Assembly: GCF_006345805.1 (NCBI RefSeq)
Contig: NC_043025.1
Location: forward strand, 3,162,001-3,226,000
Length of the DNA stretch: 64,000 nt
From: Octopus sinensis
Lineage: Eukaryota
Direction: 5' to 3'
Below the pieces are notes generated by a model. It was not told the DNA's origin. It ran no database searches and saw only the letters and a list, made by a program, of their open reading frames with translations. Of the stretch, positions 1 through 13,790 are shown in pieces (the first letter of the stretch is position 1; every line of letters starts with the position of its first letter). The position numbers were made by a program, and so were the translations under genes.

Positions 1-885
1 CATACATACGTGGAAACACGCACACATATACGCTCATATATAAACATATAAACTCCTACATTAATACACAGTATTAAAAACATAAAGTAGTCAACATATA
101 TATAGATATCCACAGAAATATAAATATATATAACACGCATCCCAATTTTATTCCAAGTATTATGATCAATCGCTTTTTCATCCTCCTCTTAGCGTCCTAA
201 ATCTCACCAACACACATCACAAATTTCTTCAAATTTTTGCAATTCAACCGCCTCTACTGTCATTTGACCCTTCTCGGCTCCAAGCAATACTTAACAAAAC
301 TCAACTACAAGAAAAATACCGACCCGATTCTTTGTACTGCTAACATTCTTAACCACTCCCTCGTACCTGAAATGTGTCCTGAAAAAAGACCACACTTGTT
401 ATAATTTGAGATGGAATTGCTGTTTCATAAGTGTACCAGCTATAATGGGATACTCCTTCAACATTCAGATGAATTACTTATTTATTTACATCGTTTACAA
501 TTAATCATACGTTATCTTCTAACTTTGAGATTTTGATTATGTGATTGTTTACTTTTAGAATAACTTTGCATGGTGGTTATGAAAGGGCTGATCTGTTCAG
601 TTTCAACAGAAAACAGGAAGAATATTTGGGCCCGACGTGGCCAGTGCCAATGCTAATGGGTTAACTGAAAATTACTGAAGTAAAATTAAAAGCATAAAAA
701 AACATTTTCGGTAATTTGGGAACAGAAAGTTATGAGGTCTTAACGGTGGAGACCCTTTTTATCCCATCCTAAATGCAGCTGAGGAGGCTGGACGATGGCC
801 AATAGATGGGTGATATAATATAATTAAAACCGTAACTTACCAATAAAATGGTTTTAGCCTCTGTTTGTAAGAGTTAGTGAATGTT

Positions 886-940
<55 letters not shown>

Positions 941-1020
941 CGTCATTTGTTTATTTACCATACATTTTTTCATTGAAGTAGCGGAACACAACGCACACAA
1001 TTATGCATATATATATATAC

Positions 1021-3520
1021 GACGTTATTCTCAACTAAGAGCTAATACGGCCTTTTGGGATTATCGCCTAACATCGGTTGAGGACTCTCACATACAGAAG
1101 AATTTAATATGGATGCATATCACATAGATTATTCTATGAAAAATATACCGATCCCATCAAAGGAATTTTACTCTAAAACACTTCTACAGAAAATTACTGA
1201 TGTAATTAAGCGTATGAGATGGAAGGCTTTTTTTTATGATACAGCAGCGGACACCAAGGAAAACATTTTCTATCGAATAAAATCCAAAAAATTCCCTCCC
1301 AGGATAAAAGGCTTGGAAGATTTCGAAGCGGACCTGCTGAAAATTATGAGCAAAATAAAATTTCGTAAGTCTTTTAACGATTTCCAACATAAATTGAAAA
1401 AAGATATTAATCATATAAAGAGCTCCAAGAAAAAAGCACTTTTTTCGGATAAAACCAAGAACTTATACCTGGTAGATAACAGCAAATACACACAACTCTT
1501 ACACAACAGCATCATTAATAATTATACTAAGGCTAGGGCACAGACATATAACGAAATCAATAAAGAAGCTAGCGTCATCGCCGCTAAACTTAAATTAGAT
1601 AAAAAAATAGAAGCCCTTCCCCAAAAAGAGGCCTTTATTACTATTAAAGATCATAAAGAAAACTTCCTTTCCAACCCTAAATGTAGGCTTATCAACCCAG
1701 CCAAGTCAGAAATTGGGATTATTAGCAAAGAAATTTTAGATAAAATAAATACGAAAATTAAGACCGATACTAGGCTAGTACAATGGTCCAATAGTATAGA
1801 AGTCGTAGACTGGTTAAAGCTATTAAGAATAAGAAAAAAGCGAGGTTTACACAATTCGATATTGTTGATTTTTATGCCTCTATCTCTAAAGAATTGCTAG
1901 ATAAAGCCCTCATCTTCGCTAGTGACTTCATAGAAATTAGTACCAATGATAAGGAAATAATCTTCCATGCTAGAAAGACCTTACTTTTCAGTGAGGACGC
2001 AAAGTGGGTAAAATACACCGACACAGAGGGCGATTTCGATGTGAGCATGGGTTCATATGATGGGGCAGACATCTGTGATCTAATTGGACTTTTTCTCCTA
2101 GATACTTTAGGTAAGACATTCCCTAACGTACATTTCGCCATCTACAAAGATGATGCCCTCGCCTTAACAGCTAATACAAATGGACCAGCACAGGATCGTT
2201 TTAGGAAGGATATTATCAAATTAATGAAACACTTCGGACTTAGTATAACTATAGATACTAACCTGACGGTTGTCAATTTCTTAGACGTTTCCTTAGATCT
2301 TAATAAGAATATTTATAAGCCTTATAGGAAGCCCAATGATAGACTAAGTTATATTAATGTAGGTTCATGCCATCCCCCTATAGTATTCAAAAATTTAGTT
2401 AAAAATATTAGTAAGAGGATTTCTAGCCTCTCATCTGATGAGAACATCTTTAATAGCGTTGCCCCAGTTTATAATAAGGCTTTAAAAGATGGTGGTTTTA
2501 GCGATAAAATAAAATATACACCTATCACTAGCCCAACAGTAAGGAAAGGAATAATAGAAATAGGAAGGTCATCTGGTTTACGCCCCCTTACTCACCCGAG
2601 GTGGCCTTCAATATAGGTAAATATTTCCTAGCACTGATAGATAGACATTTTCCAGTTAACCATACCTATAGGAAACTCTTCAATAGACACAATTTAAAAA
2701 TTAGTTTTAGTTCAACTACCAATTTTAAAAACATAATCAAACATAACATACAAAAAACACAACAAGAAAACAGCTGTTCATGCAGGAATAAAGAATTGTG
2801 CCCGCTAAATGGAGCTTGCATGTCCAAGACCATCATATATGAAGCTACCGTAAACTCTATAACCACTAAAGACACCGTTTCGACGAATAAATACGTGGGC
2901 CTTACAGAGGGTAATTTCAAGGCCAGGTTCAATAACCACACTTTGAGCTTTAGGCACTGGAACAAAAGAAAAGCGACACAATTGTCTAATCATATTTGGT
3001 CTTTAAGAGATAAAGGTGTCGATTATAAAATACAATGGAAGATTTTGGCCAGATATAAGCCCTATACTAACGGCAGCGGAAGGTGCGGTCTATGCGACAT
3101 GGAGAGATGGCTTATCTGAAAAAGCAGCTTAGACCTTACTACATGTCTAAATACAAGGACAGAGCTTTTCGGATCATGCCCACATGTGACTAAATTTCTG
3201 TTACGTTTTTGGTCCCCTAAAGAAAACGGATAGAACATGCTTTCTGTGTTATGTCCCAAGAAGAATTATATATTTTTATATATTTTTATATATTTTTATG
3301 TATTTTTATATAATTTTTATGACGAAAAATGCGAGCGATGTATAAGTACGCAGGCAAAGCAGAGTTATAACAGAGTAATTTCCCTTTATTTAACGGTATT
3401 TTTTCATAACGTTTTCAAATAGCCAGATAAACGAAGAGAGAGGGGTGTGTGGATTTCCACTTCGGCATCTGAAACTCAGAGTTATATTGACTACCGAGTA
3501 ATGTAACATATTGTATAGAT
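1021..3520 (+). mobile_element. Penelope-like retroelement (PLE), near full length, inserted in a (TA)n tract
   Basis: RT plus GIY-YIG ORF (next feature) flanked by (TA)n/(TG)n. The whole segment is absent from the paralogous block at 10460-10620. Confidence 0.92.
1109..3230 (+). pseudogene. PLE reverse transcriptase plus GIY-YIG endonuclease ORF with two 1-bp frameshifts and one in-frame stop
   Basis: RT motifs QFDIVDFYASISKELL (after restoring one T near 1813), SMGSYDGADICDLIG and YKDD. KVIWFTPPYS appears after restoring one A near 2545. CSCRNKELCPLNGAC, IIYEA..YVGLTEGNFKARFNNH, GRCGLCDME and CLNTRTELFGSCPH match the PLE endonuclease. TGA at 3117-3119. Confidence 0.92.
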
Positions 3521-3522
3521 AT

Positions 3523-3556
<34 letters not shown>

Positions 3557-4229
3557 AGTGTGTGTGTGTGTGTGTGTGTTTGTGTAGATATAGATTGGCG
3601 TCTTTATTTCTCATTATATGAATGCGATATGAAAAGTTTGCGTTAGCAGTCAAAGATGAGCGGTGATAGTGGAAGAGTGTAAATGAGAGAGGGGAAAGGA
3701 AGTGATAGAAAGAGAGAGAGAGAGAGAGAGACGGAGAAAGAAGACGAAGAGGGTTTTGTGTGTGTGTGTATGTGTTTGTGTGAAGCTATTAGCTACGTAA
3801 CCCTGTTCTAAGCATTTGGTGGGATTGATACATATTAATTCCCTTCACTTATCGGTATACACTCCTTCTCCGGCATCAGCATTCCAGCAGAAATGGAGAA
3901 ATGAAAATTATGTCACTGTCTGCTGGTGCTTGTGTGTATGTGTATGTGTATGTGCGCGCGTGTGTGTGTATGTATGTGTGTGTGTATATGCGTAACTGAA
4001 ATTAACTTGAAATAATCTAAGTACTATTTTTACAAATTGTGATATCTGTGTGTGTGTTTATATAATATATATATATATATATATACACGCACACACAGTT
4101 ATCAGAATTATATATATATGTATGTATTCATGTATATGTATATATATATATTATACATTCATGCACATTTGTGTGTGTGTGTGTGTGTGTGTGGTGTATG
4201 TATGTGTGCCGAATCACTGAAATCTGAAA

Positions 4230-4680
4230 TATAATTACAAGAAATTTACCAAAAGCTTTCAACCATGATAAAAAAATGAATGCCTTGCTGATGCCTTCCA
4301 TGAAATGGCACAAAAGACGCATATCTACATAGAAACACTTTATTCCCTTCTTACATACCAACAACAAAATGAGAACCAAAGCAGAACTCCGGAAACGGAT
4401 ATCCACAACCTAAATTCAACCACACAAAACGTACTGAAAGAATTGAATGAACTCAGCTTGGAAAAAGGAGACATACAAAAAGAGAAATCAAATGAAAAAC
4501 ATCCGGATTAAGATATTAAATAAAAGAAAACAAGCATATTGCAGAGCTGTAAACAATGAAAACCTAGCCAACACCTATGAACAGTGGAGGGGCAGAGAAG
4601 AAGTAATACTCTCAAGAAACTTTCGTATCAAAGAAATAACGTCAGAACCAAAGGAAGAAGCAAAAAGTATTTGAGAAAAA
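4230..4680 (+). mobile_element. Degraded non-LTR retrotransposon ORF fragment, family unassigned (second copy at 11100-11550)
   Basis: Coding-like KRKQAYCRAVNNENLANTYEQWRGREEVILSRNFRIKEITSEPKEE with broken frames and no splice signals. The resemblance to LINE N-termini is from recall only. Confidence 0.4.
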
Positions 4681-5624
4681 TCGTTTAAAAGCGACATTAA
4701 CCGGAAATGATCAAAATATTGTTATACGATCAGACGATAGATTTTTCATGTTTTAGAATCATCTCACTTTTGCTCGATAACTGTTGATCATCGATATCTT
4801 CCCAAATACTAGGTCTAAAGTCAACATTAAAATGAAGTACATTTCTGAATTCTTTGTTAGACCCTCCAGTGTTCACATTGTCATCCACCATTCTCTTTGT
4901 GAGGAATCTCTGAAGCTTAAGCTGGATGTGCTAGAAACAGCAGCCAAATATTTCCTGTGAGCAGACGATAGATTCATTTAACGTTAGTGTCACTTCAGAA
5001 AATCACGTTATCAATAACGATAATAATTTACATGGTATATATAATGATTGACATGGAAGCAAGCGATACAAATTCATTTAACAATAGTTCATTTCAGAAA
5101 ATTACGTTTGTAAAATAGAGTATATGATAGAGAAATTATAACAATTCTGAAGAGGAATTAAAGGTTTTAGCAGCTTTAAAGTTATGGGGAAAGAATTTTC
5201 GTTATCAAAGTAGCAATATTGTATACGAATGAAGAATGACAGGCGATGATTTTGTGGTGTGAAGGGTCTTCAAGTGTATATATCCTGATGGGTGTGTGTG
5301 TGTGTGTGTGTGATGCACTGAGATATATAAATCTGCCCAAGTATTGCTTTGATATAAAACGGAAGTGAACACCACATTAACGATTGTAATAATTGACACA
5401 TAATTATATTCAAAACTTCAACAGCTCATCTGTACCGAAAACTTCAATAGCTTGATGTCCTATTTTCATAGGAGTGAGGGGAAGAGGGAGAGGAAGATAT
5501 GCAGTGGCCTCCTAAACTGTTTAATGTATTTGTATCTCAGATAGTATCCAGTATTCTGGATGCCTTCTGCAAAAAGTGAAAGATAAAAATAAATTGAAAA
5601 TATAAAGCTAATATTCTGCCGGTA

Positions 5625-5670
<46 letters not shown>

Positions 5671-5819
5671 TGTGTGATGCACTGAGATACATAACCATGC
5701 TTAAGTGTTTCTTTAATATAAAACTGAAGTGAATATTAATGATAATATTAAATGATAATATTAAATGACATAATTTTACTGTGAAGGAGGTTTAGTCTTC
5801 AATGTTTTCAATCTCGTCC

Positions 5820-6800
5820 ACCCCACTACTTCTTTAGCCACCGGGCAGAAGAAACTGCTTTTCCTTCCCGGCCAAAAGAAGGTGGCAGGGCGATCTTTAC
5901 AATGAACTCGGCTCATAAACTGGACGAACGAGTGCATGCAGGACTATTTCATCGCCCTGCGCACATCCCCGACATATCCGTCCGACAACACTTTCGTATC
6001 TGTAGAGCTTGTCTTGAACCGGCTGAGCTCCCCGGTAGCATTGCCAGGCCAGGGATTTCTGTAAGTTAAAGACCAGTTAGTTGATTCCCTCCACCTACGC
6101 CCAGAATTTACCCCGATTTCGTCGTTGTTCTTTCCCCTCTACTAGTCCCCTATAGAAATCCATTGTGTAACTTTCAACGCCCGCGTTGCCCGACTGGCAG
6201 AAAGCTGTGAGAGCTTGTCGACACTCCAGGTGTCAAGCGCCCTTTCTTGGCCAACGCTTGACTCATTACTGTAGCTTCCTCAATGCGACGAGCTGCGGAA
6301 AGTCCCGCTTGAAAAACAGTCAATCCCCCATGCTCACCGTTAAAGAAACGCAGGAGATGTTGCAGCCTCAGCGCATGTCTGCGAATCATTAGCAACGGCA
6401 TGTCCAGTACTCCACTGAGAGATTGTTGACAGCAGATGGACCGTCTGATGAGCGGAACACGTCCCTTCTTTAGAAAGCGGAATAACAAACGCTCTAACTT
6501 TATCGGGCATGGGACTACATTCAGGCAGTCATAGATAACGGAAGCGATATACGCATCCACCACCTCTACTCGACCCTTCACGAACAGCTTCCTCTCTGCC
6601 AATTTCTGGGTGAGATCGACTAACCTGTTCGTCACCAGACCCCAAGCAGTTTAACCTGTCTTTCCGTTTAGCGCCCTACAAACAGTCGGTTGGTATGGGT
6701 CTGCCTCTCCATCTGCCGATTTGCAGGCCCTCCGACTTCTCTTGGATAAGCTTTGCTCCTATCACCGCTTCGTGGACAGTATTATGATGACGTATTCCGT
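5820..6800 (-). mobile_element. Tx1/L1-clade LINE ORF2 fragment
   Basis: KGRVEVVDAYIASVIYDCLNVVPCP..IKLERLLFRFLKKGRVPLIRRSICCQ..LDMPLLMIRRHALRLQHL is typical of the post-RT region of Tx1 ORF2. Frameshifted. Confidence 0.8.
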
Positions 6801-7298
6801 GTTAGCTGATACAAACATTCCACATCCTTAGACATATATATACATATATATTTTTATATGTATATGCCATCTGTATTTCTAATTATATAATTTCGATTTG
6901 AAAAGTTTCAGTCAGCAGTTTATGATGATTGGCGGTGGAAGTGGAAGAGCTAAAATGAGAGAGAGGGAGAGGGAGTGATAGTTTAAAGAGAGGAGGTGGG
7001 AGAAGAGTAGCAGGGTTAATATGTGCATGTGTGTGTATGTGAGTGTGTATGTGTGTGTGATGCAATTAGATACATAACCCTGCATAAGCTTTTCTTTAAT
7101 ATGAAACTGGAGGGAATATCACATTAACGATTGCATTAAATGACGTAATTTTACTGTGAAGAAGTGAGTGAAAAGTTTAGCCGGAAAAAATTTCCAGTAA
7201 CAATAATAATAATATTAGTGTTGTTGTTATTATTATTATCATAATCATTATTATTATTTGCCAATAGGGCCGGCATATAGGAGAAGATACAGTAGAGA

Positions 7299-7530
7299 AG
7301 GCGGTGAGAGCTGGCAGAATCTTTAGTACGTCGGGCGAAATACTTAGCGGTATTTCTTCTCCCGTTACGTTCTGAGTTCAAATTCCCTCGAGGTCGACTT
7401 TGCCTTTCATCCTTAAGGGGTCGATTGAAGAAGTACCATTTACGCACTCTGGTCGATATAATCGACTTAATCCGTTTGTCTGTCCTTGTCTGTCCCCTCT
7501 ATGTTTAGCCCCTTGTGGGTAGTAAAGAAA
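7299..7530 (+). mobile_element. Octopus-type tRNA-derived SINE
   Basis: ggcggtgagagctggcagaa...ctgagttcaaattcc..gaggtcgactttgcctttcatcc...gtttagccccttgtgggtagtaaagaaa. Same family as 28241-28473. Confidence 0.85.
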
Positions 7531-7559
7531 CAGGATACAGTAGACATGGAAAGTGGGGA

Positions 7560-8690
7560 TTTAACACAGGGACAACGAGTACACAGTTAAAAGAATAACA
7601 ATGATATCTAACAAAAGAATATAACAATGAAAGTTCGTAATAGGTGGAGTTGACTCAGGTACCCCCACCCCAATCCTGAACCACTCGACGCTTCGAGGGC
7701 ATCTGGGAAGAGCACTCTCCTGCCTCTCAAATTCACTAGCCCACAGGCGCGTTATTAGAGTAGGTCCACTCACACGTACCATTTTCGCTATTCATCCACC
7801 TTTTGGCAAATGTACTGGGAGGCAGCACTTCACTCTGCACCCTCATCTTCCTTTCCAAAGGAAATTTGAAAAAGTTGACGAGTGATTGGCCGTAGAGAAA
7901 AGTCTCTGCCTTTAGTCCTTTTAACCTGGTCCACAATACAGCCACTTTCGCTACTGCTATTAGACAGAAGTAAATTGCCTGACCTTCCGGACTGATGGAA
8001 AGCGGCTGATCGATCTTCACTACGGACTCGGCCGATAGCTAGAACCACCCTACACGTGATAACAGCTGTTCAACATAACTCCACATGTCTGTAATGCAAG
8101 GACACTGGACGAGTGCGTGCAGAACGCTTTCATCGCTCTGCGCACATCTCGGGTAGGTCGGTTAGACAGCACTTCCGTGCTTGTAGAGTTTATCTCGAAC
8201 CGGCAGTGCCCCCCGATAGCACTGCAAAGCAAGGGACTTCTAGAAGTTATCCATCGTCCCCGTCTTGAAAGTCCTCCTGAACAGACTGGTTAGTTCAATT
8301 TTGTCAACGCCTGGCGTCTCTCCAAGTGCTTTATTGCACTTTCCCTCCACTAACCCTCCATAGAACTCAAGAGTGGATTTTCCACTGATCGCATTGCCCA
8401 CCTGATAGAGAACAGTGAGTGCCTAGCAACATTCCAGGTGCCAATCACCCTTCCTCGGTCTCTTCTTGACCCAGGACTGCAGCTTAGTCATTGAGATGAG
8501 CCGTAGAAAAGCCTGTTTGACAAACGATGACCACACATGTTCACCGTTTAGGCAGAATGTTTGGAGATGCCGCAGCCCCAGTGCATGTCTGCCACAGCAT
8601 GCCCAGTGTTCCGGAAATTGGAATGCGAAAGCACAAAAACGAAAATGGGAAAAGGGAAAAGCAAAGACAGCATTTAAAGGTCTCCTCGTT
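7560..8690 (-). mobile_element. Tx1-like LINE 3' fragment (diverged relative of 5820-6800)
   Basis: 8040-8220 and 8460-8600 align with 5900-6080 and 6240-6400. The fragment extends to a 3' UTR-like end near 7560. Confidence 0.75.
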
Positions 8691-9740
8691 GGATCTTGAA
8701 TTATAAGGCTAAAAAGATATCAAAATATATTTAAACTTGACAACGACTGAAAATTCCTGACCTAGAGACCAATAGAGAATTAAGCATCTTAGATCTGAAC
8801 AGGATATGCATTCTTTCAGTTAAACAAAGCTTATATTTATTCGATCCATTAACATAAGTTATGGATTCTCAATTACATCCCATCCAGTCACATGTCGTGT
8901 TTCGTTTTCTTCCAAACTTAGCCAGTTTCGTAGCTTTACTTTTGTCCTATGTCCGAAGGGGATTATGTGATTGGCATAACGACTTTGAAATTCACCTTTA
9001 AATAAGCAAAAGAATAAAAGAATAAAAGATTATGTGTGTGTGTGTGTATGCATACAAAAATACACACACATACACACGGATATGTACATAAGCGCGCACA
9101 CACACACATATAGGCGTATGGATTATTGTTTCGGTAAGTTGTGTCCACGAGAAAGACACTTCCAATGCTCTCATCTGAAAAGTACCAGCATTAACCAGGG
9201 GTTAACATTGCGACAGACTGGTATCCTGTTCAGTCGGGTGTGTTATATCCTTGTGTGTTGAAATACGTTAGATACCGAGATATACTGGTGGCCTAATGAG
9301 CCTGTAGATCAGGCAGAGAATTTAGCATAATTCTAATCCCAAATCTAAACCTTTTCAATCTTTAGCAACACACATATACAACCTCAATTCAAAAGAATGT
9401 CCAATACGCTCCATCGTGGTCCGTAGTATATGAAGCTCCACTCTACAACACAAATATAGGGAAATGTATATTATGTATAAAAGGGTCATAAACTATTCTT
9501 CGCCTCCATAACTCCTCGCTGTTAAATTCTCTGACGTTATTTATTCATGGAAGCATAAATACTGACCGACATTCATGCACTTCACTAATTCTAAGAAATC
9601 CTATGGCAAGCCCCGAGGCCCATCAAAGCTGTAATGTAAAACAAGAGTCAACCTGACAATCGACAAGTGAACGCATTCCAAATAGCTTATATGTGTGTGT
9701 GTGTCTATGTATGCATATATGTATATATATATTATATATA

Positions 9741-9780
<40 letters not shown>

Positions 9781-9869
9781 TATATGAGCATGTGCAATGA
9801 ATCTGAAATATCCAAACTTGCATTTACAAATACATAATATATACATACAAGCTCTTACATACATACATG

Positions 9870-10487
9870 CAAACACACACACACATATACGCAGATATAT
9901 AAACATATAAACTCCTACATTAATACGCAGTATTAAAAACATAAAGTAGTCAGCATATATATAGATACCCACAGAAATATAAATATATATATAACACAAA
10001 TTTATTCCAAGTATTATGATCAATCGCTTTTTCTTCCTCCTCTCAGACTCCTAAAAAAACATCTTCTAACTTTGAGATTTTGATTATGTGATTGTTTACT
10101 TTTAGAATAACTTTGCATGGTGGTTATGAAAGGGCTGATCTGTTCAGTTTCAACAGAAAACAGGAAGAATATTTGGGCCCGACGTGGCCAGTGCCAATGC
10201 TAATGGGTTAACTGAAAATTACTGAAGTAAAAATAAAAGCATAAAAAAACGTATGTGGCCTAATCATAAATGCCGTTGAAGAGGCTGGACGATGGCCAAT
10301 AGATGGGTGATATAATATAATTAAAACCGTAACTTACCAAAGAAGTGGTTACGCCTCTCTTCGTAAGAGTTAGTGAATGTTTATATATATATGTACGCAT
10401 ATATATATAGAGATGTTGCGTCATATGTTTATTTACCACACATTTTTTCATTGAAGTACGGAACACAACGCACACAATTATGCATAT

Positions 10488-10564
<77 letters not shown>

Positions 10565-12156
10565 TTATATATATATATATATATACATATATGTGGGTGT
10601 GTGTGTGTGTTTGTGTGAAGCTATTAGCTACGTAACCATGTTCTAAGCATTTGGTGGGATTGATACATATTAATTCCCTTCACTTATCGGTATACACTCC
10701 TTCTTCTCCGGCATCAGCATTCAGCAGAAATGGAGAAATGAAAATTATGTCACTGTCTGCTGGTGCTTGTGTGTATGTGTATGTGTATGTGCGCGCGTGT
10801 GTGTATGTATGTGTGTGTGTATATCCGTAACTGTATGAGATGACTGTGCATCCGCGTAACTGAATTAACTTGAATAATCTAAGTACTATTTTTACAAATT
10901 GTGATATCTGTGTGTGTGTGTATATAATATAATATATATATATATATATATATAATATATATATATATACACGCACACACAGTTATCAGAATTATATATA
11001 TATGTATGTATTCATGTATATGTAATATATATATTATACATTCATGCACATTTGTGTGTGTGTGTGTGTGTGTGTGTGCCGAATCACTGAAATCTGAAAT
11101 ATAATTACAAGAAATTACCAAAAGCTTTCAACCATGATAAAAAAATGAATGCCTTGCTGATGCCTTCCATGAAATGGCACAAAAGACGCAATCTACATAG
11201 AAACACTTTATTCCCTTCTTACATACCAACAACAAAATGAGAATCAAAGCAGAACTCCAGAAACGGATATCCACAACCTAAATTCAACCACACAAAACGT
11301 ACTGAAAGAATTGAATGAACTCAGCTTGGAAAAAGGAGACATACAAAAAGAGAAATCAAATGAAAAACATCCGGATTAAGATATTAAATAAAAGAAAACA
11401 AGCATATTGCAGAGCTGTAAACAATGAAAACCTAGCCAACACCTATGAACAGTGGAGGGGCAGAGAAGAAGTAATACTCTCAAGAAACTTTCGTATCAAA
11501 GAAATAACGTCAGAAGCAAAGGAAGAAGCAAAAAATATTTGAGAAAAATCGTTTAAAAGCGACATTAACCGGAAATGATCAAAATATTGTTATACAAACA
11601 GACGATAGATTTTTCATGTTTTAGAATCATCTCACTTTTGCTCGATAACTATTGATCATCGATATCTTCCCAAATACAACGTCTAAAGTCAACATTAAAA
11701 TGAAGTACATTTCTGAATTCTTTGTTAGACCCTCCAGTGTTCACATTGTCATCCACCATTCTCTTTGTGAGGAATCTCTGAAGCTTAAGCTGGATGTGCT
11801 AGAAACAGCAGCCAAATATTTCCTGTGAGCAGACGATAGATTCATTTAACGTTAGTGTCACTTCAGAAAATCACGTTATCAATAACGATAATAATTTACA
11901 TGGTATATATAATGATTGACATGGAAGCAAGCGATACAAATTCATTTAACAATAGTTCATTTCAGAAAATTATGTTTGTAAAATAAAGTATATGATAGAG
12001 AAATTATAACAATTCTGAAGAGGAATTAAAGGTTTTAGCAGCTTTAAAGTTATGGGGAAAGAATTTTCGTTATCAAAGTAGCAATATTGTATACGAATGA
12101 AGAATGACAGGCGATGATTTTGTGGTGTGAAGGGTCTTCAAGTGTATTTATCCTGA

Positions 12157-12210
<54 letters not shown>

Positions 12211-12543
12211 ATGCACTGAGATATATAAATCTGCCCAAGTATTGCTTTGATATAAAGCGGAAGTGAACACCACAATAACGATTATAATAATTGACACATA
12301 ATTATATTCAAAACTTCAACTGCTCATCTGTACCGAAAACTTCAATAGCTTGATGCCCTATTTTCATAGGAGGGAGGGGAAGAGGGAGAGGAAGACATGC
12401 AGTGGCCTCCTAAACTGTTTAATGTATTTGTATCTCAGATAGTCTCCAGTATACTGGATGCCTTCTGCAAAAAGTGAAAGATAAAAATAAATTGAAAATA
12501 TAAAGCTAATATTCTGCCGGTATCTGTGTGTATGTGTGTGTGT

Positions 12544-12600
<57 letters not shown>

Positions 12601-13790
12601 TGTGTGATGCACTGAGATACATAACCATGACTAAGTGTTTCTTTAATATAAAACTGAAGTGAATATTAATGATAATATTAAATGATAATATTAAATGACA
12701 TAATTTTACTGTGAAGGAGGTTTAGTCTTCAATGTTTTCAGTCTCGTCCACCCCACGACTTCTTTAGCCACCGGTCAGAAGAAACTGCTTTTCCTTCCCG
12801 GCCAAAAGAAGGTGGCGGGGCGATCTTTACAATGAACTCGGCTCGTAAACTGGACGAACGAGTGCATGCAGGACTATTTCATCGCCCTGCGCACATCCCC
12901 GACATATCCGTCCGACAACACTTTCGTATCTGTAGAGCTTGTCTTGAACCGGCTGAGCTCCCCGGTAGCCATGCCAGGCCAGAGATTTCTGTAAGTTAAA
13001 GACCAGTTAGTTGATTCCCTCCACTTACGTCCATAATTTACCCCGATTTCGTCTTTGTTCTATCCACTCTACTAGTCCCCTATATATGGGGACTGGCAGA
13101 AAGCTGTGAGAGCTTGCCGACACTTCAGGAACCAAGCACCCTTTCTTGGCCAGCGCTTGACTCAGTACTGTAGCTTCATAAATGAGACGAGCTGCGGAAA
13201 GTCCCGTTTCACAAACAGTCAATCTCTATGCTCACGGTTAAAGAAATGCAGGAGATGTCGCAGTCTCAGCGCATGTCTGCGAATCATTAGCAACGGCATG
13301 TCCAGTACTCCACTGAGAGGTTGTTGACAGCAGATGGACCGTCTGATGAGCGGAACACGTTCCTTCTTTAGAAAGCGGAACAACAAACGCTCTAACTTTA
13401 TCGGGCATGGGACTACATTCAGGCAGTCATAGATGACGGAAGCGATGTACTCATTCGTCACCTCGACTCGACCCTTCACGAACAGCTTCCTCTCTGCCAA
13501 TTTCTGGGTGTGATCGACTATCCCGTTCGTCACCTCCCACCCGTTGTTGTCCACTTCGAGGTCTAGAGCATACGAGACCCCAAGCAGTTTAACCTGTCTT
13601 TCCGTCTAGCGCCCTACAGACTGTCGATTGGTATGGGTCTGCCTCTCCATCTGCCGAGTTGCAGGCCTACCGACTTCTCTTGGATAAGCTTTGCTCCTAT
13701 CACCGCTTCGTGGACAGTATTATGATGACGTAGTCCATGTTAGCTGATACGAACATTCCACATCCTAAGACATATATATATATATATATA
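9870..13790. repeat. Segmental duplication copy C2 (paralog of 1-6850, lacks the PLE)
   Basis: Colinear with C1, with its own deletions, and retains bases that C1 lacks. Confidence 0.93.
12740..13740 (-). mobile_element. Tx1-like LINE ORF2 fragment (duplicate of 5820-6800)
   Basis: ORF 13219-13554 has the same KGRVEV..CPIKLERLLFRFL..RRHALRL motifs. Confidence 0.8.

Larger units (their letters stand above)
1..6850. repeat. Segmental duplication copy C1 (paralog of 9870-13790)
   Basis: Colinear, highly similar non-coding blocks, e.g. 45-200 vs 9900-10050, 3775-5790 vs 10612-12720, 5790-6840 vs 12720-13780. Confidence 0.93.

Noticed and set aside
2424-2460. CTGATGA inside the PLE ORF
   Set aside because: It is coding sequence (SSDEN) with no downstream GAAA or stems.
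3415-3495. Hammerhead-like end of the PLE (cagataa...cgaag/cttcg...gaaactcagagtt)
   Set aside because: The CUGANGA box has two substitutions and stems I and II do not register with the core. At best a decayed relic.
5460-5570. Strong minus-strand acceptor with a short open frame (also 12364-12470)
   Set aside because: There is no convincing donor or domain, and similarity between the copies is explained by the recent duplication.
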